Both the position numbers and the translations under genes were made by a program. Below, piece by piece: positions 42,216 to 56,100 of a stretch of 64,000 bases of DNA. Location of the stretch: NCBI GenBank assembly GCA_051294375.1, contig CM119267.1, forward strand, positions 3,987,260-4,051,259, written 5' to 3'. The first letter of the stretch is position 1, and each line of letters starts with the position of its first letter. The DNA is from Paraspadella gotoi. Its lineage: Eukaryota; Animalia; Chaetognatha. The notes under the pieces are model-generated. The model worked only from the letters and a program-made list of their open reading frames with translations. It ran no database searches and was not told where the DNA came from.

Positions 42216-44896
42216 TGAAAATGAGGAGAAAAAAATTAGAGCAGAAAATACGTACAGACAAATTTAATCTTTAAAGGACGGATCGTACAAATAGAAAATA
42301 GGATAACAGAAAAATAGGAGAAAGTAAAAAGTTTGAAAAAAAGCGGAAAGCGAAAAAAACATTACAAATATTTCAGGACTCAAACCGGTACCCTATTCAA
42401 AAGTTAATAATAAAAGAATCGGGATATCTTAATACATGATGATTATATTTTACAATTATAAATCAATATGGTCGGAATCGCATATCTTACAACTCATGCA
42501 GAAAAAAAAACGCATCATGAGAACAAGAATTATTCCAGAATTAGCTCATAGCTCAAAAATAGTAAGCAATATTATACGATAAGTTTACGTATAGCTCTGG
42601 TTGATCCGCATGTTTCGATCTTTGCCGGAATACACATAAAATGATCTATTTTTTACTAAGCGGTTGATGATTTTGTTTTTGTGATTGTTTGGCTTTTTCA
42701 AAGCTGCTTCAAAAAATTGAGATAATTAATGAAAAGTTTTGTTCGTTAACAAAAAGTTCTTCTCAGAAAATATTTTATGATTTTATATAATTGTATAAAA
42801 ACCTGATTATGAACCAGATATGTTAAAATATGTCGTCTCTTGTTAAAACTTATTGATACTGGAACATGCAAATAAGATTATAAGACTAAGAATTGCAAAA
42901 CCGCGGTTTTTTTGCTTTTTTTATACAAAGGACGCACCAAAAACAAAAAAAATTAAACCAACGTTCCTTAAAACAATTTCCCCGCCATGAAGAGTTCGAC
43001 GAGCTCTTCCGCCTCCTTGCTCTTCGCCGCGTCGACGGGCTGCTTCTGCTGTTGCGCCAGCTGCGGATTCCGCTTGGCCTCTTCCGCTTCCTCCCTCAGC
43101 TGCCGATCGCTCTTCCAGACGGGCATGTCGATGATCCCCTTGTAGGAGATGTTGCCCACCTTCTTCATCCTCGCCCGGGCGTCGACGGCCTCGATCTTGG
43201 AGGCGGCGGGTCCGAGCTTCTCCGGATAAATCTTATCGTCGACGAAGTAGCTGAGACCCTCGCTGAGGCTCGTGTACGACCTCACGTACCGATATGCGTT
43301 GAAGGCGGCGTCCACGTTTGCGCGGGTTTCTTGAATGGCGCGCTGTGCCGGCGACAGACCCGCCCACTCGTCCTCTTCCTCCTCCGGCGCCGTATCGAGC
43401 TGCGGCGCGGCCGGGGCGGCGCGATCCTCGGTCAAGTCGACCTCGGGCAAGCGGGCGGCGTCCTCACCCAATAGATCCTCGGCGGCGGCGATGACTTGGC
43501 CCATGCGGCGGGCGAAGTACTCCCGGTAGAACTTCTTCGTCTTTGGCGGGTCCGCTTTCAGCTTGGCGATGGCTTCGTAGGGCAGCCGGTCGGCAAAGGG
43601 AACCGGGTTGCCGGGTTCGTTGACCAGAGCTTCGATCTCTTCGTAGGTCCAGTTGGGGGGAGCGGGGCGCTGGGAAGGATGGAAGGTGGCGTTGTGAATT
43701 TTAAATTCGGTTGTTTTTTTTTGTTTGTTTGTTTGTTTTTGTTTTTTCTTTACATTAATTCGTAAACAAACATTTTTAAAAGTTGTTTAAATTCAAATTG
43801 TTAGGGATTAACTGCAACAGGAGCTCAGATCGGTCAAGTTGGGATAAAAAAATTTTCAAAATAATATAAATTTGTTTATCTCGGACAAGTTTTGCGTTTT
43901 CAATGAAGATGGCTCCGTGCGCATTGCACAATCTTCAATTTACTTTTAAGGCCTCGCTGGGCTTGAATTGGCGACTTAACCCACAAGACTCGATCTGAAC
44001 TCAAATTAATTGTATTCAATGCGAAAAACTGGACTTACATTTTTTTTTCGCTCCTTCTTAAGTTCGGATTTCGGTCATTGGCTACTTTTATACAAAAGAC
44101 AGCGTTGATGTAAAATATGCTATACAATTTTTAGATGGTCGCTCAACTTGAACCGATTTGAGTCTTGTTACAGCATTTTTAATTTAATTACATTTTCCAT
44201 TTTATTTTGCGATGAGAAATTAAGAGCCAGAAAGAGAAAAGAAAAAAGAAAGTATAGGAAAATCCGTAAAAAAAAGTAAAGAAGAAAAGAAGTAAACAAA
44301 ACAAGAGACAACAAACTAACCTTTAATCTCTCGTCAGCCTCGGATGTGTCATCTGCCAGCAAAGCCTCACCTTCCACCGCCACTTCCTCCGCCGTCTTAG
44401 GCGTCACCTTTTTAAATATCAGAATGTTTTAAGAATGCAGTTCCTTTCGTTATTCACTACTATATATACTATAGGGTAAGTTTTTTTAAGCGAACCTCTC
44501 CCATGATTGGTTTGTCTGCCGCATCTTTCATGTCCTTTACGCCCATCCTCTCTTGGACCAGATGCTTGTACCTGGAGGAGAAAAACAATAATTAAGAAGG
44601 ATGACAGTCGCCATCTTTGCAAGTTTTGAGATATTGTTTTCTTTTCTTTTTTTTTTGTTTTGACTTAAAACGATTCTTACCGACTTTGCGTCTTAATTCT
44701 CTCCGCTTCATATTCGCTTTGTATCGCTTTGGCAAACTTTTCGTCCCTTTTTCTCTGAAGGTCCTGTATTAATAAAATTATTTTTTAAGTATACTTATTT
44801 TGCCAAAAAAATTACATCTTATTTAAACGGGGAAAAACCGAATGTTTTATTAAATCGTAAAATTAATCAAGAAAAATAGAATGCACTTACCGTCAT
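40890..44896 (-). CDS. Uncharacterised ~720-aa protein (6 coding exons), no recognised domain
   Basis: Exons 44896-44891, 44763-44681, 44571-44496, 44407-44321, 43669-~42986, 42116-40890. Long GC-rich open frames and phase-consistent junctions; the exon 5 donor is uncertain (possibly GC). Confidence 0.75.
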
Positions 44897-46609
44897 TTTA
44901 ACTGTCGATAAAATGTACAAATGTAAAAAAAAAATACAATAATCCGACTGTTGTTTTGTGGTTTCTTCCCCGCGCCCGGGGCTTCTGTCCCTTCAGTCGA
45001 GATTTTCAGCTTCAATTTTTTTTTCGGCAGCTGCAGCAACCTGCTACGGTGAGTTGCGGCAGATGAACGGCGGCGGCTGCGGCAGCGGGATTCGCGATGC
45101 GCGCACGACGCGATCAAGGGGGGTGCGGGGGGAGAAGAGGTGGGTGCGGGGGGGGAGGTAGAGGGAGAGAGAGATCATGATCGCGAGAAGGAGACGACGA
45201 TGATGACGACGAAGACGACGATGAAAGCGACCAAACGACGACGCTAATGATTTTTGTGAGGATGAAGATGACAGGATCGACGACGACGACGACGATGGTT
45301 GCAACGACGACCACATATAAAAACGACGAAGATCGCGAATTCGTCAGTTTTTCGGGAAATGCAACAACGACAACGACAACAACAACGAAAAACGACGACG
45401 ACGACGACGACGACGAAAAGTATCCCGACGATCCGTTTGACTTTTTAAATGTCGATTAACGAAGAGAGAAATTGAAAGGAGAGTGAACTGTCGTTAAGAG
45501 AGAAGGTGCTGACGTAGATAGAAGCACGACTCTGGATTCTTAGATATCACGGTCAATTTGGAAAACTTATTAAAATCACAACATCTTAAAAATGTGGTTT
45601 TTGAGTATAGCAAACAAACATTTAAAGTAGTTTTAAAAAGAAAGCACAAATCAGAAAGCATTAAGGTTCAGAGGTTAAAGATAAATACTAAGAATATTTA
45701 CTAAAAACAGAGGAAAAATTTACTTGTAATCCCCACAAAAAAACTCTATCAGAAAATGTTAATGGCCATTTTCTCAATCACATATTTATCTTCCTTTTTT
45801 ATCATACAGGTAGTTTTTCGGCGGAATATCATTTTCCGTTACATATAAATGTTAGTCGTTGAAATGTAACGCAAGAAAATCATTACTAAAAACAGGCGAG
45901 ATAACATTTTTCATCTCACACTGAGATATTTCAGACAGACTTATTTCTCCTGACGCTTAAAAAACCAAAGTTTATTTATCTCCTTTCTTATTAGCATTCG
46001 CATTTTCGATCACAGAATGTCTCACCAACTCGATTGGGGGGGGAAAGATTTTAAATCGCAGCTTATGTTCGCCTTCGAATTTTGTTGCTTCCATCCCACC
46101 GAGATTCTTTAAACCTTCCCCTTGTGATTCTTTGGTTCTATTTTCTGTTTACTTTCGTCTGAACAAACCAAATTTTCATCCCCGCTCCACTCCGGTTCGA
46201 ATGGAACCGTGGGCCCGGGAAACCGGAACGAAAATCTCACGAATTTAAAAAAACAAAATTTGGAAAAGAGAATATCCGACATATTATTTCAAAGATAATT
46301 ATACTAAAATTGATTCTTTACTTTTCGAGGACAATAAAAAAAAAAACTCGAACAGTTAATAAAACCTTAATTTTGTAAAAAATATTTTTATACTTAGTTA
46401 AGTTAACAAACGAATTCCGCAATAATTTTCGTTTTAAAAACTCAAGTGAAGCAAATTCTGGAATCGAGGGTGCAACGAGCCGAATTGAGTGGGAGACTTC
46501 ACTCACTCACCAAATTTAATTTCTTATTCCTTTTTCATGGCTGAAAAGGTTACGGCCTTTGATGGCGTTTTCAAATATACAATCACTTTAAAAAAAATCT
46601 ACGGCGAAA

Positions 46610-49368
46610 ATGAATTGGATAAGAATTGGATTATCGTTCGTTTGTTTTTTGGTATTTTATCCACAGGTAAGTTAAGTTTAACTTAACTATTCTTTGAACT
46701 TGTAACAACCAATTTAAGTTATTCATTCATTCAATAAACAAGCCATCTCTCCCCTGACTTTGGATAAGCTATGGCTATGCCCTTGACTATTTTACATGTT
46801 TGTGGTCGGATTGGGTATTAAAACTTCAAAATAATTTTTACAATAAATTATTTTCGAAAACAGCATTCTCAAGCTGACTTCACCGTTCAATATTATTTTA
46901 AACGAGTCTACAGTATCGACAATGGAAAACTATGGATTCCCCCGGACGGTAGGAAAAAAACAAAGACGCCAAAAAGCAATATTTTATCCACCACGCTCCA
47001 TTTTTTTTCCACCGCGTTTCGTTTTTCCAGAGTTGTGCCTGCAAAATGGGCAGGCGTCGGTTCCCTGTTCCATCTTCTTATATTTCTGCATGGTCGGTTA
47101 TCCCTTGCGGCACGCGCAGCATTGCATAGTGCACACGTCGGCCGACGTGACGGGCAGCTTGAAGCCGACCGACTGGTACAGTTGGTCGCTGGGAGACAGC
47201 TACCAATCAAAGTAAGATTTTTTTTTTTAAATCTTAAACTCGTAAAACGTCGGGAATACTTTTTCGATTAGATGGGACATGGCCGGGCTGGAAAATCCGC
47301 TGACTTACGACTTCAAGACGAACAAGCAACAAATCGATAATCAAGGAATTTTCGAAACCGTGAGCAAGCATTTTTTTTAGAATTTGAATATATACCCCCC
47401 AAAAAAATATAACTAATCTTTCTTATAATACGTATCCAATTAACCATTTCAGACTAAATTCGCTCTCAAACTCTACATGAACGAGACGGACAAGAGAGAC
47501 AACCTTATGGACTTCTTCGTCCTCAATCTGCAAGAGAATTTCGTTCCCGGGGAACCAAAGTGAGTTTGTTTTTTTTTTTCCTTTTTTTTTTATAAGCGGC
47601 TCAACGACTTCGGCGCTGATGGTCGATTTCATTGCATTTTACGTCGCTTCTTCTCATTCAAAGTCAATGCACCGGACGCGTGGTCGTTTACCCAAACGAA
47701 ATGGGGGCGCCTTGGAGCCAAGACTGTTTCAAGAAGGGAATGTTCAAAAAGGCGGAAATGATATTCAAGTACAGAGTGAGTAGGGGGGGGGGAAGTCGCT
47801 GGAGGAATGAAGCATCTCTCTAAGAATTTTAATATCTACTAATTTATTATATATTTACTCAATTGTATATATAGATAGAAATAGGTATATGGTTGTATAT
47901 TACTGCATTTTGTTATTAATTTGGATATTTTTATTGTTTAAATGATAATTTAGTGAAAGCCTCTCACATATGAACTAATTTACTGGATGTTACTTATTAT
48001 ATATAATTTATATCATTACTTTATTGATAAATGGGTTTTTTTTAGCTGAATCCACGCCATGTTGTATTCTTGTTTCGTAGACATAGTGAAGGGACTTTCG
48101 TTTCGTTGCGTTTTAAATTTAGAGAGAAAACAAAGTTTGCTTTTGTTTACAACATGTTTAAAGAAATAAACTTCGTTGTTTGTAAACAAAATCAAACTTT
48201 ATTTTCTCTCCAGATTCTTGTTTCAAAATCGATTAATTCCTGAGTCCTCATCCAACTTCCGCCCCAAAGGTCTACTGCGCCCCTTTCCACTACGGTCGAA
48301 CCTGCGGTCAATTCTGCCGCGAGAACGAAGAGACGGAGATTTGCGACAAAGAGACGGGAATCAAGAGATGCCGCGACGGCTACGAGCTCGACCCGGAAGG
48401 CACGGGCTGCCGCATCCTCTGCCCCTGCGTGCACGGGTTCTGCCCGGCCCCAGGGGTCTGCACCTGCGACGAGGGATGGATCGGGTCCTTCTGCGAGCTC
48501 AAAGACCCCTGCAGACCCAATCCCTGTCTGAACGGAGGCGTTTGCAGCGTCGTCTCCAACGGGGGCAACGCCTTCCAGCCTCGGTGTCAATGCGCCGACG
48601 ATTGGACGGGATACGATTGCGGAACGAGTGAGCGGACGGGAGTGTGGTTGAGTGTGGTTAAATGTTGATATGTTAAATGTTAATAGCGGTGTCATGTTGA
48701 CGAAAATGTCGATTAAATGGCGGTGAAAGCTCTGTAGGTAGGAGTGAAGAAATGTGATCCAATGTCATGGTTTTTGTGTGAGTGAAACGACGGTGTGAGG
48801 GCACAAACTAATGGTGAAGTGAATATTAAACAGTAAAGAGAAAAATTTTTATTCCTTGGCAACGACGGAGAGTTAAAGTCGTTATCGGTGAAATATATCG
48901 TGATAAATCCACTGAGGGGATAAAACAAAACGGAATTGGCGAAAAAAGATAAATTGCGTTAAACGAAAATAAAATAAGGAAAACCACAAATGGTAATACG
49001 AGTATGAAAGTTAGAAGCTAAACACAAAGAAAAACGAACAAACTAGAGAAAAACATTAACAAATGGTACAAAAAAATGTGTAACGAATGGAGATTTGAGA
49101 ACAAAATGTATTCCCACTAAATAATTCAAATGTGGAAACGAAAAGAGAAGATTGACGAGGAGTTAAGCCCAGGCCGGCGACCCCTCGACCCCGTCCTTCT
49201 ATTTCGACTCTCTCTCTCTCTTCTCTCTCTCTTCTCTCTCTCTCTCTCTCTCTCTCTCCATAAAAAAATAAGGAAAAAACTGAGGAAACCTAAAAAAAAA
49301 AGCCGCATGAATAAATACCCGCATAAATCAATATAAATCGTTACCAAACGAGGAACTAAAAAACTCTC

Positions 49369-49436
<68 letters not shown>

Positions 49437-51200
49437 GACCGCCCCCCGCCCCCCATGAACATCCGGGTGATATCGGCCACCAAGTACTCCATCACCCTTC
49501 AATGGGACGCCGTCTCTCCGCTTCAACTACCAAATCTTCTACAACGAGAAAGATTCCACTTTTCAGCAGCAGACGAGTTCCACTGCGACGCAGCGGACCA
49601 TCACGGGATTGAGACCCAACACTTGGTCAGTTCTTTCGTTGAGATGGGTGAAGGTAAAATTGTAAAATAGTCACTGGACTTGGGTGAATTTTGAGTAATG
49701 AAGATCTTTGGGATGAAGAATTAAAGAATCTTTACCTGACGGAGGCCTAAAATTTGGTAACTTCCGTAATTATCCGGGGTAAGGTCTGGAGAACCATCAA
49801 GGAACCACCCAATTAAGACTCAAGGATCAATAAAGTCTTTAAGAGGATTTAGTGAAAGGACTTAAAAACCGATCTCACTTATAATTGGTGAGTTCCTGGA
49901 TTATCGAGTGTGAGGCCGAGGACCTCAGTCTTCAAGATGGTTTGGTGAATAGGACTTGATACCCATTACCGTACTGAGGTTCGAAACTTGGTGACTCGGG
50001 TGAGTTTTCGGTTCAAACTGGAAGGTCGAGTGGGTGAAAGACGTGGCGCCGGTTGAGTTCGTGGGGTCAAAGGTCAGAGGTCTTGAGAAAATTATCGCTC
50101 TCGATTCTAATTTGGTTTACGACGCACCATCACTGTGATATCCTTTAAAAATGTCTTAACCATTTCTTAACATTTTTTAAGTTTATGATTACTAATTTTG
50201 TCACAATTAATTTTCTTATCCTTCTTTTTATTTAATACTACTTATTTTGTCAAAACTAATTTTCAAGTTGACGAGAAATATAATCTTTTTCTTGACACTT
50301 TCCTCTCAGTTAATTTAATTTCTCTTCTTATAATTTCCAAGAATTTTTCTAGAATCATTCTCTTTTTCTAACACTACTTGAGTTCTTGACACAACTAATT
50401 TTCCCTGTAGATGACCTACTGATTCGTTCATCTCCATGGACTTCAGGTATCAATTCGAAATCGCGGCTGAGAGCAACAACGTTCAAGGTCGAAGGTCGGA
50501 AGCGGTTGAAGGACAGACGCTGAAGCCGATACCGAATCCTCCAACGAATCTGCAGGTTGATCTATTCGTCAATGGGTTGTTTCAGAGACTTAGCAGGATT
50601 TTTGTCAATTAAGATTTCTTCGTTTGTCTCATAATAAGTGACGCCAAAGTATCTTTTGATCCATATCTTTTGAAATATTTTTTTTTGCATTGTAAAGAAT
50701 CGACAGTAATTTTTATAAAAACTTTATAAGAATAAAGTAAAAAAGTTCAAAATTTAAAAAAATGTTAAAACATTCACATCTTTTTTTTTAGTGTCAATTT
50801 TCTTAATCGATCAATATCATGGTCTTAATCAAGATTGCCTCAGCAATAACACTAAAAGCGGTAGATCTGATTCTATTCATTTTCATTGTAAACACAATTT
50901 CCAAACCCTTCGACAGGCTTCGAACAAGAAGCACAACTCCTTCGACGTCTCCTGGATCTACGATCGCGCCGACGGCCCCATCCTCGCCTTCGTCGTCGAG
51001 TATCGTCGCCGCGACGGCTCCAGCCGTTGGCAGACGATGCCGGAAATACAGCAGCTCTTCCAGACGCTGGAGGGACTCGATGCCGACACTCTGTATGACG
51101 TCAGGGTCAAAGCGAGAAACCAGTGGGGCTGGAGTCAGTGGAGCGAGACGCTGCCAGTGCAGACCGGCACAAGTGGGTTCGGGAAAAGATGGTTGGTCTT

Positions 51201-51296
<96 letters not shown>

Positions 51297-53148
51297 GGCC
51301 TTTCTCTGGGAAGGGAAGGGACTTGTATTGACTATGAACTGCTCTCAAGCCCCATGACATTTCAAATATTTAGCTTTTAGTTTTCCGTAGCATTTGTATC
51401 TTTTCGTAGCATTTGTAGTTAACTTATTAATTCTACTTCTATTATTCTCTCTCTCATTCTAATATCTTATTCTTCTCAACCCCCCCCCCCTCACCCACCT
51501 TCCCCACCCCCTCCTTTCCCCCCATCTCCACCCCCCCCTTTCAAAACAGACGTCCCCGACGCGCCCTCGATCTTCGTGTCGACGCCAAGACCTCCTCTTC
51601 TCTCTCCCTCGAGTGGTTCTCCACGGACGAGTCGGCGACTTCGTTCGTCCTCGAATATCGGCGCCGATTCCGCGACGTGGATTGGACGGAAGTCGCCGGA
51701 ATCCGGGAGGCGCGTCACGTGATCGAGAATCTCGAACCCGACACGGATTATGACGTCAGGGTCTTCAGCGTCAACGGAGACGGGATGAGGAGTCCGGCGT
51801 CGTTGCCCGTTTGGGACAAGACGGAGAAAGGTGAGGGACATGAGCGGAGGTTTTGGGACAATGTTGAATATTTAAGGTTTTAAGGCAACGGGGAGACATG
51901 GGTGTGAGTCTTCTCCCGACAGCCGGCGCTCAGGGCTTTGGACCTGCAGTGACCACCCAATGTCACTGGCGTGTTTATGCCGACACCATCACACTTAACC
52001 AGCGTGACCGTGAGGAGATTGATCCCGGAACTTACTGTTGGTGAACGAGTACTTAGCTGTTCAAGCTGACGAGCTGAGTTTCACCGAGCTTTACAGTTTA
52101 ATAACATAAGAAAATACAGAAAATATTAGATATAATTTTAAGGAAATCAACATAAGGTAGGTTATTGAATAATGAGTATGACTATTAACGGGTGGGGGGG
52201 AGATAATCATAAAGACCGATTATCATTTTTGTCATTTCCTCCTAAGCCTTGGCCTTGAAGCCTCTTGACGTTCGCGTGGACGACCTGACTTCTCGATCGG
52301 CGACCGTCTACTGGACTCGACCCAACGACCCGATCCCGCTCCTCTTCTGGGTCCTGCAGTTTCGTCGTCGCGGCACCAACGAGGATTGGTCGCAATACAA
52401 GATCCGCAGTCAAGAGACCCAGTTTCGTCTGGACAATCTCCGTCCCTTGACCAACTACGAGGTCAGGATCCGCGGAGAGAACGGATACGGACCCGGCGAG
52501 AACAGCGAAGAAGTCAATTTTAAGACGGAAGTCGGTAATTCAATATTTTTTTTACATATGTCCATTGATTTCTGTCTTTTATCTGTGCTTTTTTTCTACT
52601 GTCAAGGTCATTAATCTGAAGCAATTTTAGTTGGATTAAGTACAGTTTTATCAGTTTTAATTCCACTAAAATTATTATTTATTAATTATTAATTATTATA
52701 ACTTATTACTTATTATTAATTACTACTACAGTGCGATGTATATCCAGCTTAATCAAAGTCAATTCTAAAGCTAGGACTGAATGAATTTTTTTAAAACTTC
52801 GTCTTGTGTAGATACTCCATGCTTCCTTATTAATAGTATACGTATAAAATAAACTAATAATTAAATCTCTCCCACCCCCTCGCACAGACTTACCCACTCC
52901 CCCGGATTTAGAAGTGAGTTCCGTCGCGGAGACCTCGGCGACGATGGCCTGGGGAGGCGGATCTCCGAACACGCGTCAATACGTCCTTCGTTACAGAGTC
53001 ATGGGTTCGGGTCCGTGGGTCGAAGTCAGACTCTCTTACGCCAACACGAGATACACGTTGGATAATTTGAAGGCGGGAAACAATTACGAGGTAGAAAGAA
53101 AGAAAGAACGAAAAAGAGACAGAAAGAAAAACAGAAAGTAAAAAAATA

Positions 53149-53180
<32 letters not shown>

Positions 53181-56100
53181 ATGAAAGAAAGAATTGATAT
53201 TTGAAATAAAAAGATTTTTCCTCAGGTTGAAATTCTCGGAATCGGAGATGGCGGCGTCCAAGGCGAACCCAGCGACCGGAAGACGTTCGTGACGCGGATC
53301 CCGACGCCGACGCCCCCTTCCAACATTCGCGTCGAAGACCGAAGTCCAACCGCGGTTCTCATCAAATGGGACAAAGATCCCAAGGCCTCGTGGTAATTAC
53401 AATTTTTTTAAACTGAATCATTATAACCTTTTAAATATATATATTATATATTATATATATTTCATTTTAACCCTTATCTCCCACCTCCCTTTATTCCTTT
53501 CAATATCTCTCTTTTCCCCTTCAGTTTTTCTCTTTTCCCATTTCGTTACTCTCTGCCAGTGGCCGTCACCATTTTTGTCTGTGCCCGTCACTATTTTTCC
53601 CCTTTTCGATGAATATTTGATGACTCGTGTTTTGTTGCCTCCGCCGTCGATGTTTTTCCCCCATTTTATTTTTTTAAACAACTAAACAATTTTTAAATTT
53701 CAAAATATTTATTCGTTAAAATAAAATTTTCAACAATATTTAAACGACAAATAACATTTTTTTTAGGCAAACAAACAAAATACCTCACAAGGTCGAAACT
53801 AACGCTTTACAGGTACTTGGTCTACTACCGCAAAGAGGGCGTGGCCGATTGGAAGAGCGAGACGGTCCACGACAGCGTCATCTCACTTCCGGGTCTGGAC
53901 GCGTCAACCGTTTATCAGTTTCGCGTCGTGGGTCACAACGACTTGGCCAAAGGGGAACCGGGAGAAGTGACGCATCGAACGAAGGACGGTGAGTCCATTT
54001 GTATTCGATTGAATTTTAATGAGTTCGTTTTTAGATTGTCACTGTCGGACAATCACTATTCAAATTGAATTAATTCTTCTTTCTTTCTTCACAACTTTTT
54101 TTCCAATCTCTTCCTATTACTATTCATACCATCTCTTCTAATGATTTTTTTAGTTGCGCCGCGAGTACTTGAGGAGCAACTCTATAAGTCACTTTTCGGT
54201 CGGTCCGTCAGTCTGTCCCATTACATTAAAAATGTTTATAATTCGCCTATAGTGGGTTGCTCATTTGTTAAGACAGGAAAAATCCTCAAATGACTGCTAG
54301 CGCCGCCTTTAGGAAATCCATAAATTATAAGGAATACTAAAAGACGGATTCCGATGCAGTGCATGTCATAAATACACAGGCTAAGAAAGTTATTGCAGTC
54401 ATGTCATGTCATGTCATGTGATCATAGGAAAATACAGGTGAAAATAAAGTCACTGAGGCGTAACACATTGGATGAAACGATCTGGTTTCCTTTTTTTCCC
54501 GTTCTTCTTTTGTTTCAGTCATTCATCGCTCCTTTATTTTCCCTTCCTTCTTTTTCTACTATGACTTTCTTTTCTCTTCTTTATTTCTTTTCTTTCTTTA
54601 CTCTGCCATCTCCCCCCTCCCCTTTTTCCTCTCTCATCCTTCCCTTTTCCCTTTCCCCGCAGACGTTCCCCTCGCCCCGACGCGACTCGAAGCCTCCGAG
54701 ATCACGGAGCGGTCGGTGATGCTTCGATGGGATCTCTCCGCGCCGGACGTGTTCCAGTACCTCATCGAGTATCGCCCCGTGGGCAGCGGGAAAGACTGGA
54801 CGAGCCTGTCGAGCCTCATGAACGAACGACGTGTCGTCGATTTGACGCCGTCGACCACCTACGAGTTCCGCGTCTCCGCCGCCAACGCCTGTTGTAGGAG
54901 TCCGCCATCTACAGGCGTGCGGGCGACCACCGCCACGCCGCCGCCCGACGACCCGTTGCTGGAAGGTGAGGAAAGTTTGGATCCGAAAATGATTTGATAT
55001 CGTAATTTGAAAATTTTTTACATCTTCATCATCATTATCAAGCCGTCGATCTGACGACGACGTCGGCGACGATACGCTGGAACCCCGACCGGACGGGCCG
55101 CGTCTCCAGCTACACGCTCGAGTACAAAAAGAAGGATGGGAGCTCCGCGGGATGGCGCTCCGTTCCGGGAATTCTCGTCAACTCTTACCAATTGCGCGAT
55201 CTTGATCCAAACACCGACTACGAGGTCCGCGTAATCGCCAAGTCGCCCTACGGAGACTCTAACCCGGGCGCCACCTACTTCACCACTTCGCAAGACGTCC
55301 CATTCGCGCCCATCAATTTACAGGTTTTGAGATCAAATGCTGTTTTTGGGGTTTTTTTTTTGTTTGTTTGTTTTTTTGTTTTTTTTTTGTCGTTTTTTTC
55401 TGTTTATTTTTTTTTCTCTTATTTTGCCGCCAAAAAGATCATAACAACGAAGCAACGTTATCTATCAATTTCCTAATAATAATATTTTAATTTAACAACA
55501 TGGGCTTAGTTTTTTAATAGAACACTAAAAAGCCCAAACCTACCGAAAAGTAAAGATTCATAAATTTTCATAAATCGCGCGCACAATGACATTGACAATG
55601 TCAATGTTTCTCCAAGGTGACATCCTGGGACACCGACTCCGTCTCCCTCTCATGGACTCCCGGCCCCGTCTCCTCCTCCGCCGTTCTCTTTTACACCGTC
55701 GAGTATCAACGCCTCAACGACGTCAAGGGCGTGGTCGTTGCGCCCGGCGACATCCGGTCCACGTCGAAGACCGTCGAAGCGCTCGTCCCCGATACCAATT
55801 ATCAGTTCCACGTGATTGCCGTCAACGCGAACGGCAGAAGCACGCCGTCGCAATGGGTCACCGCCAAGACGGACAGGTTTTATCCCTGCATTCCGAATCC
55901 TTGCAGGAACAACGGAACTTGCAATCCTCAAGGTGAGAAAGAATACTTTTCTTTTTCTCTCGCCTTTTTAATTTAATACTAAACTCTCCCGTTCAGGCAA
56001 CAAGTTTTTCTGCAATTGCAAAGATTTGTATTCGGGTCCGAATTGCGGGGAATTCGTCCCCTTCTGCACGAAATATCCCAACTGGTGCTACAACGGGGGC

